Below, one piece after another: positions 53,601 through 64,000 of a DNA stretch of 64,000 nt. This stretch comes from Vicinamibacteria bacterium (lineage in GTDB: Bacteria > Acidobacteriota > Vicinamibacteria > Marinacidobacterales > Marinacidobacteraceae). A program made the translations under genes and the position numbers. Where the stretch lies: positions 896,001 through 960,000 of the forward strand of contig OZ219815.1 in assembly GCA_964291235.2 (NCBI GenBank), written 5' to 3'. Under the pieces are notes generated by a model. That model was not told the origin of the DNA, did not search any database, and saw only the letters and a program-made list of their open reading frames with translations. Every line of letters begins with the position of its first letter. Positions within the stretch are counted from its first letter, which is position 1.

Positions 53601-55147
53601 ATGAGCATTCGAGCAGACGAAATCGCCGCCCTGCTGCGGGAACAGATCGCCGGCCACGAAACCGGCGTCGATGTCGCGGAAGTTGGAACCGTCGTCTCGT
53701 CGGGGGACGGCATCGCCCGCGTGCACGGCCTCGAAGGAGTCATGTACGGGGAACTCGTGGAACTGCCCCACGATGTTTACGGACTGGCGCTGAACCTGGA
53801 AGAAACGTCCGTGGGGCTCGTGCTCTTCGGCGACGTCACTTCGATCAAGGAGGGCGACACGGCCAAGCGGACCCGGCGGATCCTGCAGGTGCCGGTCGGC
53901 GAGGCGATGAAGGGCCGGGTGGTGGACGCCCTGGGCCGTCCACTCGATGGCAAGGGACCGATCGAGACCAGCGAGGCGGGCGCCGTGGAGCGAATCGCTC
54001 CCGGCATCGTGGCGAGGCAGCCGGTGAAAGAGCCGCTCCAGACCGGCGTCAAGGCGGTGGACGCCATGATCCCCATCGGCCGCGGCCAGCGCGAACTCAT
54101 CATTGGGGACCGCCAGACCGGGAAGACGGCGATCGCGGTGGACGCGATCATCAACCAGCGGGACACGGGAGTCGTCTGCGTTTACGTCGCGGTCGGCCAG
54201 AAACTCTCGACCGTTGCGCAGGTCGTCCGCAACCTTGAAGACCACGGAGCCCTGGACCACACGATCATCGTTTCCGCGTCGGCATCCGAGCCGGCGCCGC
54301 TGCAGTACCTCGCTCCCTACTCCGGATGCGCCATGGGTGAGTTCTTCATGGACAACGGCGGCCACGCCCTCTGCGTCTATGACGATCTCTCCAAGCACGC
54401 CGCTGCTTACCGGGAAATCTCGCTGCTTCTGCGGCGTCCTCCGGGCCGGGAGGCATACCCCGGCGACGTCTTCTATCTCCATTCGCGGCTGCTCGAACGC
54501 GCCGCCAAGCTCTCGGACAAACGCGGGGGCGGCTCGCTCACGGCATTCCCCTTTATCGAGACGCAGGCCGGCGACCTCTCGGCTTACGTTCCGACGAACG
54601 TGATCTCGATCACCGATGGACAGATCTATCTGGAAGGCGATCTGTTCAACGCCGGAATTCGGCCAGCCATCAACGTCGGCAACTCGGTGAGCCGGGTGGG
54701 AGGTTCGGCGCAGATCCGGGCGATGCGCCAGGTCGCCGGAACCATGCGGCTGCAGCTTGCCCAGTACCGGGAGATGGCCGCCTTCGCGCAGTTCGGATCG
54801 GATCTCGACAAGGCCACCCAGGCCCAGTTGGCCAAGGGAGAGCGCCTGACGGAAGTCCTCAAACAGGACCAATACGAGCCGCTGCCCGTCGAAAAGCAGG
54901 TGGCGATCATCTTTGCTGCCAACGAGGGCTTCCTGGACGATCTGGCCCCGGCCGACTGCGGGAGCTTCGAAAAGGGGCTGTACGGTTCCTCGAGAGCCGT
55001 CACCCGGACACGCTCGTCCGGGTTCGCGAAGAGCGAAAGCTGGACGATTCGTTGACGGCCGCGCTCCGTGAGGCGATCGCCGAGTTCAAGCGCGATGCGT
55101 TCCGCGCAGACGCCGCCGTCGAGGCGGGAGAGCCGGTCCCCGCCTAG
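53601..55147 (+). CDS. atpA: ATP synthase F1 alpha; one-base frameshift near 54984
   Basis: GDRQTGKT and [22 protein letters not shown]; the correct C-terminus FLESRHPD...[10 protein letters not shown] continues in another frame to TAG 55147. Confidence 0.95.
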
Positions 55148-55168
55148 GGGCCGGGCCACGGGCCACCC

Positions 55169-57500
<2,332 letters not shown>

Positions 57501-57517
57501 CGGCAGGAGTTTTCCCG

Positions 57518-57943
57518 ATGAGCGACTCCTCCCAGCTTCGGCTCGAGGTCATCACCCCGGGCGGCGTGGTCTTTCGTGACGACGTGGACTATGTGGAGGC
57601 CCCGGCAATCTTCGGTTACATCGGGATCCTTCCCGGTCACGCCCCGCTGCTCTATCAGATACGAAGCGGCCGTCTCCAGTACCGACAGGGTGAAACGGAC
57701 CATTTCCTGGCCGTGCACTGGGGGTTCCTCGAAGTGCTCGACGACACCGTGACGGTGCTTGCGGAAACCGCGGAACGGCCGGAGGACATCGACCTCGCCC
57801 GCGCCGAGGGCGCGCTCGAACGGGCGCAGGCCCGGCTCAAGGAGTTTGGAGCCGCCTACGACGTCGAACAAGCGCAGCAGGCGGTGGCTCGCGCGGAGGC
57901 CCGTCTCCGGGCCGCGGAGGCAGAAGCCAGCTCACAGTCGTAG
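57518..57943 (+). CDS. atpC: ATP synthase F1 epsilon
   Basis: LEVITP, GILPGHAP, GFLEV and IDLARA motifs. Confidence 0.95.
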   Translation: MSDSSQLRLEVITPGGVVFRDDVDYVEAPAIFGYIGILPGHAPLLYQIRSGRLQYRQGETDHFLAVHWGFLEVLDDTVTVLAETAERPEDIDLARAEGALERAQARLKEFGAAYDVEQAQQAVARAEARLRAAEAEASSQS

Positions 57944-57944
57944 A

Positions 57945-58472
57945 ATGGGCCGGATGCGCAACTGGGCTTTCGGCCGCCTGCCGGTCGTGTCCGCCGGACT
58001 CCTGGCCGGTTCGCTGCTTCCGGCCGCGCTCTGGGGTGGAGTCACGGAGCGCCCGCGGTCCGGGGCCGCGCCGCCCAGCGTTGCTCGCGAGACGCCCGCC
58101 GGGACGGCCCCCGCGGCCGACCCGAAGCTCACCCTCCGAGCTCCCCGGCAGTTGTTCCTCCGTCCGCGGATGCCCGGAGAATCGCGGCGGCCGGCGCTCG
58201 ACGTCCGGATCACCGCCCGTATCGAGGATCTGGACACCGCCGAGAATCTGGAGGACTACTACTGTCTGGAAGAAGTCTGGGACTGGGACGACGACACGGA
58301 ATCGGTGTATGAACCCGATTGCGATCCCTATGAGGAAGGCTCGGAGGTCGAGACCTACTTCTTCGGCAGCCACCGCTTCTCGTTGCCCGGCACCTATCGC
58401 GTCTGGTTGCGGCTCCAGCGGAGCGGAGAGACGGTCATCGCGGGCAACGTCACCGTCCGGATCCGCAATTAG
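57945..58472 (+). CDS. Secreted hypothetical protein with a PKD-like domain
   Basis: Signal peptide; YC...WDWDDDT...DC...HRFSLPGTYRV pattern. Confidence 0.7.
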   Translation: MGRMRNWAFGRLPVVSAGLLAGSLLPAALWGGVTERPRSGAAPPSVARETPAGTAPAADPKLTLRAPRQLFLRPRMPGESRRPALDVRITARIEDLDTAENLEDYYCLEEVWDWDDDTESVYEPDCDPYEEGSEVETYFFGSHRFSLPGTYRVWLRLQRSGETVIAGNVTVRIRN

Positions 58473-58475
58473 CGA

Positions 58476-58564
58476 CCCGTGGGGAAAGCGCCCCGCACCG
58501 TTGCCGGGCGGAGTCATGCGACCGGGTCCTGGCTTTTACGCGTGCGGGGCGCTTTCCCCACGGG
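58476..58564. repeat. Perfect 23-bp inverted repeat with a 43-nt loop
   Basis: CCCGTGGGGAAAGCGCCCCGCAC (58476-58498) pairs with GTGCGGGGCGCTTTCCCCACGGG (58542-58564). Confidence 0.9.
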
Positions 58565-58590
58565 ATGATGACGCCCACCCCTCCGCGCTG

Positions 58591-59345
58591 GGCGCCATCG
58601 GTTTTTGTGGGGAGGGGAAACCCCTCCCCACGCCCCTCCCCCGCGGCGCGTTGCGCCGCGAACGGACGCTGGTACGTTCGCCAACAGCCCGCCCGGCATT
58701 CCGCCAGTCCCAAAGGAATGTCAGTAAGAAACTCGTCGAAGCAGCGCCCCGCGCGGTCTCCGGGGAGAGGTGCGACGATCACCCTCGTTTCTTGTGGGGA
58801 GGGGAAACCCCTCCCCACGCCCCTCCCCCGCGGCGCGTTGCGCCGCGAATGGGCACCGGTACGTTCGTCAACAGTCCGCCCGGCATTCCACCGGTCCTAA
58901 GGAATGTCAGTAGGAAACCCGTCGAAGCAGCGCCCCGCGCTGTCTCCGGGGAGAGGTGCGACGATCACCCTCGTTTCTTGTGGGGAGGGGAAACCTCTCC
59001 CCACGCCCCTCCCCCGCGGCGCGTTGCGCCGCGAATGGGCACCGGTACGTTCGTCAACAGTCCGCCCGGCATTCCGCGAGTCCCAAAGGAATGTCAGTAG
59101 GAAACCCGTCGAAGCAGCGCCCCGCGCTGTCTCCGGGGAGAGGTGCGACGATCACCCTCGTTTTCTCCATTCACGGGGCGCTTTTGCCAAGGGGTGCTAA
59201 CACCTTGCATCGCGATCGGCGCCATCGTTTCTCTGGGAGGGGAGACCCCTTCCCGCGCCCCTCGCTCGCGGCGAGTTGCGCCGCGAGCAGACGGTGGTAC
59301 GGTCCGCAACAGTTCGCCCAACATTCCGCCCAACCCAAAGGAGCA
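58591..59345 (+). repeat. Tandem array of ~187-bp multi-hairpin units (3 full, 1 degenerate partial)
   Basis: GTGGGGAGGGGAAACC.CTCCCCAC begins at 58607, 58794 and 58980 (periods 187 and 186); degenerate copy at about 59218-59345. Confidence 0.95.
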
Positions 59346-59350
59346 TCGGT

Positions 59351-59809
59351 ATGAAAACACTTGTGACCTCAATCGTCGTGCTCGGTGTGGTGATGGCGCC
59401 CCTCCACGTCCACGCCGCATCTTGGGTGGTGGCGCCCACCATCCTGGAGGCGGCCGAAGTCGCGGCGGCCAGCGGTGCCTATCGCGCCCAGAACACGGCC
59501 GACATCACCACCGGTCAGATCCGCGAGGGCGACAAGAAGCGGAGCGCCATCGCATTCGCCCTGAGTGGCTTGCTCGCTTTCACCGGCGCAGCACTCTGGC
59601 GCAACTTGACTTGCCGGGGAGAAGGTGACGCACGGCACCTCGGCGAAGGACTCAAGACTCAGGTCGAATGCTACGACGCTGACGGTCAGCGATTGGGATG
59701 GGACACCCCCACAAAAGGCCTCTTTGGGGCCGGCGTCGCGCTCGAACTCGTCTCGCTGGGCTATCTCATCGCCCACATGCGGTCGGACGGCACATCGGAC
59801 GATCAATAG
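59351..59809 (+). CDS. Hypothetical exported/membrane protein, paralog 1
   Basis: AAAGGAG RBS, signal peptide, two hydrophobic helices flanking a Cys-x18-Cys loop. Confidence 0.8.
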   Translation: MKTLVTSIVVLGVVMAPLHVHAASWVVAPTILEAAEVAAASGAYRAQNTADITTGQIREGDKKRSAIAFALSGLLAFTGAALWRNLTCRGEGDARHLGEGLKTQVECYDADGQRLGWDTPTKGLFGAGVALELVSLGYLIAHMRSDGTSDDQ

Positions 59810-59815
59810 CAGGCC

Positions 59816-60000
59816 TAACAGCCTGTGGCAAAACCCCCGCGGCGTTTGAGCGGCGATGCATCCCGTCTGAACCGCGCCTCTACGAGGCGCTCTGCGTTGC
59901 GTTTCGGTCGAAATACACCCGGTATTCCTCCCTCACGCGCCTTGTCACACGGGCGCCTCGCCACTCTCGGCGCTCACGGGGGTTTCACCACAGGCTGTTA
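59816..60000. mobile_element. MITE (non-autonomous, 185 bp)
   Basis: Terminal inverted repeats TAACAGCCTGTGGCAAAACCCCCG and CGGGGGTTTCACCACAGGCTGTTA (22/24 match), TA at both ends, no transposase. Confidence 0.85.
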
Positions 60001-60062
60001 AGTTTCCGCGGACCAGCGGGCCGGTGCCCTCGGTTCTGCCCGCTGGAGGCATACTCCCCGCG

Positions 60063-60518
60063 ATGAAAAAATCTGTCGCGTCCGTCCTGGTGTTCAGCGT
60101 CCTGGTGGCGCCCCTCTACGCGGCCCCACCGGCGGGCGCCACGGCGCGGTCCATTCTGGAGACTGCCGAGGTCGCCGCGGCCAGTGGGGCCTATCGGGCC
60201 CAGAACACCACCACCATCACCACCGGCCGAATTCGGAACGACGACAAGAAGCGGAGCGCCATCGCCTACGGCCTGAGCGGCCTCATGGCGTTCACCGGCG
60301 CTGCGCTGTGGCGGTGGTTGCCGTGCCGAAACATCCCTGACGCGCCAACCAATAACGCCACGGAGAACACCAAGTACGTGAAGTGCTACAACGAGGACGG
60401 CCAGCGGAAGGGACTCGAGACCCCTACCAAGGCCTTGCTGGGGGCCGGGTTCGCGCTCGAACTCGTCTCCCTGGGGTACCTCATCGCCCACCTGACCTCG
60501 GACCGGGACGACCAGTAG
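60063..60518 (+). CDS. Hypothetical exported/membrane protein, paralog 2
   Basis: Shares AEVAAASGAYRAQNT, DKKRSAIA, AFTGAALWR and ALELVSLGYLIAH with paralog 1; Cys-x19-Cys loop. Confidence 0.8.
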   Translation: MKKSVASVLVFSVLVAPLYAAPPAGATARSILETAEVAAASGAYRAQNTTTITTGRIRNDDKKRSAIAYGLSGLMAFTGAALWRWLPCRNIPDAPTNNATENTKYVKCYNEDGQRKGLETPTKALLGAGFALELVSLGYLIAHLTSDRDDQ

Positions 60519-60560
60519 CGCCTCGCGCGGAACCCCCGGACGGTCTCGGCGCTCCGCCTC

Positions 60561-62111
60561 CTACCGCCGCGCGCCGGCCGCCTTGCGCTCCAGGTAGTCG
60601 TCGAGCCCCCGAAGCGGCGGGATGTGGTGGGGCATCAGCGGGTAGTCGGTGTCCACGAAGGGGGCCGGGTCGGTAGGAAGAAGCCCGCTTAGCCGGGCCT
60701 TGTCGGCCGCGTAGCGGGGATCGGCGGCGATGTTGTTCCACTCCTCCGGGTCGGTTTCGGTGTCGTAGAACTCTTCGCTGCCGTCGATGTAACGGATGTA
60801 GTGGAACCGCTCGTCCCGGATCGAGTACTCGGAGAACTGGTAGGTGGTGATGACGGGTCGATTCCAGACCGCCTCCGGATCTTCGAGGAGTGGCGTCAGA
60901 CTCCTGCCGTCGAGGCCGGCCTTTTCGGGGAGACCGGCGAGTTCCACCAGCGTGGGATAGAGATCGAGCAGGGACACCGTCCTCCCGGAACGGGTTCCCG
61001 CCGGGGTTCCTCCCGGGAGGCCGGCGGCTCCCTCGGGTACGCGCAGCATCAGGACGACGCGCGTGAGGTTTTCCCAGAGCGCGAATTTCCTCCAGTGTTC
61101 CTTCTCTCCAAGCTGCCACCCGTGGTCTGACCAGAGGACAACGATGGTGTTTTCGGCGTGCGGGCTGGCGTCGAGCGCATCGAGGAGGCGGCCGACCATC
61201 GCGTCGGCGAAGGCGATGGAAGCCAGGTAGCCCTGCACGCCCTGGCGCCACTGCTCCGCGTCCCGGACGTGCTCGTGGTAGTTCCCGCCCCGGAGAGCGA
61301 TCTCGACCCCTCGCTCGGGAACGTCCTCGAGGTCGCCCTCCAGGAGTGCGGGAAGCTGAATCCCGTCGAGCGGGAACATCTCGAAGTACTCCCGGGGGAC
61401 GTACCAGGGAAGGTGGGGCCGGTAGATGCCGACCGCGAGAAAGAACGGCTGCTCGTGCTGCCGCCGCAGGTGCTCGATGGCCCAGGCGACCGATTGGTAG
61501 TCGCCCATTTCCTCATCGGGAACGTCAAGCGGCGCCCAGTCGAAAGCGGTGTACATGTCCGGAAAAACCGGCATGTTCACCGCCCCTTGGCCCTCGGGGC
61601 GCGGGGACGGCGGCATGTGCTCCTCCTGCGACGGGAAATAGTCGTCCCACGACTGGGGATCGGGCTGGTTGTTGTGGAAGATCTTGCCGGCGCCGCCCAC
61701 CCAGTACCCGTGGTTCCCGAAGTAGCGCGGGAGGGTCACCGCTTCGGGGAGGACGTCGCGCCACCACTGGTAATTCGAGTACATGCCCGAGGTATAGGTG
61801 TGCTTCCCGGTGAGGAGCGCAGTGCGCGCCGGGTTACAGGAGGGAGAGGGCGTGAAGGCGCGGGTGAAGAGCATGCCTTCTTCGGCCAAGCGGGAGAGGC
61901 GCGGGGTCCGCGCCTGGGGATGCCCGCCGAGAGGCTCGATCCAGTCGTTCAGATCATCCACCGCGATGAACAGGACGTTCGGCCGAGGGGCAGGGGCGTC
62001 GTCCCCGGGCTCATCGACGGTGCACCCGGTGAGGAGAGGAAGCAGGATGACCGCAGCAAGGAAGGATGGCCGCCGGATCGCGGCCGGGGCGCGTCGCCGC
62101 GGGAGCTTCAC
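60561..62111 (-). CDS. Sulfatase (iduronate-2-sulfatase/choline-sulfatase-like), lipoprotein
   Basis: RPNVLFIAVDDL, formylglycine motif CNPARTALLTG, GKIFH, RPHLP, SDHG; lipobox LTGC. Confidence 0.92.
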   Translation of the reverse strand: MKLPRRRAPAAIRRPSFLAAVILLPLLTGCTVDEPGDDAPAPRPNVLFIAVDDLNDWIEPLGGHPQARTPRLSRLAEEGMLFTRAFTPSPSCNPARTALLTGKHTYTSGMYSNYQWWRDVLPEAVTLPRYFGNHGYWVGGAGKIFHNNQPDPQSWDDYFPSQEEHMPPSPRPEGQGAVNMPVFPDMYTAFDWAPLDVPDEEMGDYQSVAWAIEHLRRQHEQPFFLAVGIYRPHLPWYVPREYFEMFPLDGIQLPALLEGDLEDVPERGVEIALRGGNYHEHVRDAEQWRQGVQGYLASIAFADAMVGRLLDALDASPHAENTIVVLWSDHGWQLGEKEHWRKFALWENLTRVVLMLRVPEGAAGLPGGTPAGTRSGRTVSLLDLYPTLVELAGLPEKAGLDGRSLTPLLEDPEAVWNRPVITTYQFSEYSIRDERFHYIRYIDGSEEFYDTETDPEEWNNIAADPRYAADKARLSGLLPTDPAPFVDTDYPLMPHHIPPLRGLDDYLERKAAGARR

Positions 62112-64000
62112 GACCGCAGATAGTCGCAGGCGGCCTCGACGCTTGCCAACGGCAGCGAACAGACGCCTCCGCGGCACGGCAGGAAGGAGAGCTCCCCGTC
62201 GCCCCTGGATGCGGCTTCCTGGGCGGCGCGCACCGCGGGAAGGGCGCTCGGGCTCTCCTGCCGGGAATCCGCGAGGAGCACGACGGCTTCTTCCGAAGGC
62301 ACGCGCCACAGCCGACGGAGGGCCGCCCGGGTGTCTCGCGCGTCACCGCCTCCGACGACCACGATTTGCCGCGGCTCCGCCAGGAAGCGCGTCACGGCCG
62401 CGAGCATCGTGGGGAAGCCGACCGGGCTCTCGGCAGCCTGCGCAAAAAAAGCCGAAATGATGCCGCGCGCCGCTTCGCGCCGCCGCGCCTCGCCGGTAAG
62501 GGTCGCGAGGCGCAGCAGGGCGTCGGCCGCCGCCGCGTTGCCCGAGGGAAGGGCGCCGTCGTAACCGGAGCGCGTGCGAACCGGTAGCGGTTCGTGATCG
62601 TCCGCCGTCGTGTAAAAGCCGCCGCCCGGCGCTGCGAAGTGTTCATCCAGCAGGTCGGCCGTTTCTTCGGCGGCGCGGAGCCAGGTCTCGTCGCCGTCAC
62701 TCTCGAACAGGTCGAGAAGCGCCTGCAGCCAGAACGCATGGTCGTCAAGCATCGCGGGAACCTTCGCCTGTCCCCGATTCCAGACGGCGCGGTACCGTCC
62801 TCCGATCCGCAGGTGTTCGAGCAGGAAACGGCCGGCTCCTTGCGCTACGGAGAGAGCCTCGTCATCGCCGAGGGTGCGATGGGCGCGCGCGAATGCGGTG
62901 ACGGCGAGGGCGTTCCACGAGAGGAGCACCTTGTCATCGAGCCCCGGTCGCACCCGCTCGGCCCGGGCGGCGAGCAGCCGCGCTCTGGCCATCGCCAGCG
63001 CCGGGCCGATTTCAGAAAGCGGGGCGCCGAACTCCTGCGCCAGGGCGGCGTCGGCCGCTTTCCGGCGCAGGATGGTCCGGCCTTCCCAGTTCCCCTCGTA
63101 ACGAACGTCGTAGGCCGCCCGGAAGAGGGGCGCGTCCGATCCGAGCAGCGCGTCCACCTCCGTGGAGGTCCAGGTGTAGTAGCGCCCCTCCTCCCCCTCG
63201 GAATCGGCGTCGAGGGCCGAATAGAACGCTCCATCCGGGCTCAACATTTCGCCGCGCATCCACTCGAGGGTCCCTCGGGCGTCGTCCGCCAGGCGCGCGT
63301 CTCCCGTGATCCGGTGCGCCAGGAGGTACACCGGCACGAGCAGCGCGTTGTCGTACAGCATCTTCTCGAAATGGGGCGCCAGCCATTCCGCGTCGGTGGA
63401 ATAGCGGTGGAACCCTCCACCGAGCTGGTCGAAGAGCCCGCCGTCAGCCATCCTCCGCAGCGTGAACACCGACGCATCCAGTGCCTCCGAGCCCCCGTTC
63501 TCCAAGTGGTGGCGGAGCAACAGCGTCAGTTGACGGCTCGGCGGGAATTTGGGCGCCTGCCCGAATCCCCCGTGCACGCGGTCGTAAGAGTCGAGGAACT
63601 GCCTTACGGCGCGGCTGCCCAGCTCCGAGGTGATGAGCGTGCCCCGCGCCCCGAGGCGGCTGGGAAGCTCGGCCGCCTGGCGCAGGCGGTCGAGAAGGCG
63701 CGTTCCGCCCTGTAGGAGCTCCTTCCGCCGGGAGCGGTCCTGCCAGACGCCGGCAATGGCGGCGAGTAGGCGTGGGAAGCCGGGGCGTCCCCAGCGATCC
63801 TCCGGCGGGAAATACGTCCCGCCAAAGAAGGGCGTGTGGTCGGGCGCTACGAAGACCGTGAGCGGCCAGCCGCCGGCGCCGGTGGTTGCCTGGACGAAGG
63901 CCATGTAGATCTCGTCCACATCGGGTCGCTCTTCCCGGTCCACTTTCACCGGCACGAACGATTCGTTCATCACCCGGGCGATGCCGGCGTCCTCGAAGGA
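62108..64000 (-). CDS. YyaL/SPATA20-like thioredoxin + alpha/alpha-toroid protein (5' part outside the window)
   Basis: KVDREERPDVD, GGWPL, APKFP, PHFEKMLYDNA, DADSEGEEG and DDKVL motifs. Confidence 0.92.
   Translation of the reverse strand, partial: SFEDAGIARVMNESFVPVKVDREERPDVDEIYMAFVQATTGAGGWPLTVFVAPDHTPFFGGTYFPPEDRWGRPGFPRLLAAIAGVWQDRSRRKELLQGGTRLLDRLRQAAELPSRLGARGTLITSELGSRAVRQFLDSYDRVHGGFGQAPKFPPSRQLTLLLRHHLENGGSEALDASVFTLRRMADGGLFDQLGGGFHRYSTDAEWLAPHFEKMLYDNALLVPVYLLAHRITGDARLADDARGTLEWMRGEMLSPDGAFYSALDADSEGEEGRYYTWTSTEVDALLGSDAPLFRAAYDVRYEGNWEGRTILRRKAADAALAQEFGAPLSEIGPALAMARARLLAARAERVRPGLDDKVLLSWNALAVTAFARAHRTLGDDEALSVAQGAGRFLLEHLRIGGRYRAVWNRGQAKVPAMLDDHAFWLQALLDLFESDGDETWLRAAEETADLLDEHFAAPGGGFYTTADDHEPLPVRTRSGYDGALPSGNAAAADALLRLATLTGEARRREAARGIISAFFAQAAESPVGFPTMLAAVTRFLAEPRQIVVVGGGDARDTRAALRRLWRVPSEEAVVLLADSRQESPSALPAVRAAQEAASRGDGELSFLPCRGGVCSLPLASVEAACDYLRS

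Noticed and set aside
54975-55055. Programmed frameshift or truly truncated AtpA
   Set aside because: No slippery sequence; loss of one C from a CC pair explains it, and similar indels occur elsewhere in the window.
58591-59345. CRISPR array or repeat-protein gene
   Set aside because: Units are ~187 bp and near-identical throughout, with no unique spacers and no cas genes. The 187-bp period breaks the frame, so the overlapping ORFs are by-products.

Overview
High-GC bacterial chromosomal window that spans the replication origin. The gene order and several conserved hypothetical proteins suggest Acidobacteriota (inference only). The right half is core genome: pyrE-gyrA-gyrB-dnaN-oriC-dnaA, then rpmH-rnpA-yidD-yidC-rsmG-parS-parA-parB-bactofilin and atpF'FHAGDC. 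The left half holds secreted or periplasmic enzymes (M1 aminopeptidase, TonB receptor, B3-Q metallo-beta-lactamase, CocE, MltF, FG-GAP and PQQ propellers), two tRNAs, two PIN toxin-antitoxin pairs and a small AT-richer islet (TIR protein, Fic pseudogene, small membrane protein). Main observations: (1) The ORF track truncates the first gene at an in-frame UGA. This UGA sits in a CxxU motif and is followed by a SECIS-like hairpin, so the gene is probably an exported thioredoxin-fold selenoprotein, located next to a DsbD-alpha-like protein. (2) A ~187-bp multi-hairpin tandem array ends in a degenerate unit that supplies the RBS for the first of two paralogous membrane proteins; the paralogs differ mainly in a Cys-bounded loop and are separated by a MITE. 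(3) In the glmU-glmS pair both N-terminal catalytic domains are lost or eroded. (4) A dispersed REP-like family shows compensatory base changes, with one copy next to oriC. Three frameshifts, including one in atpA, suggest indel errors in the assembly. No CRISPR array or intact transposase was seen.
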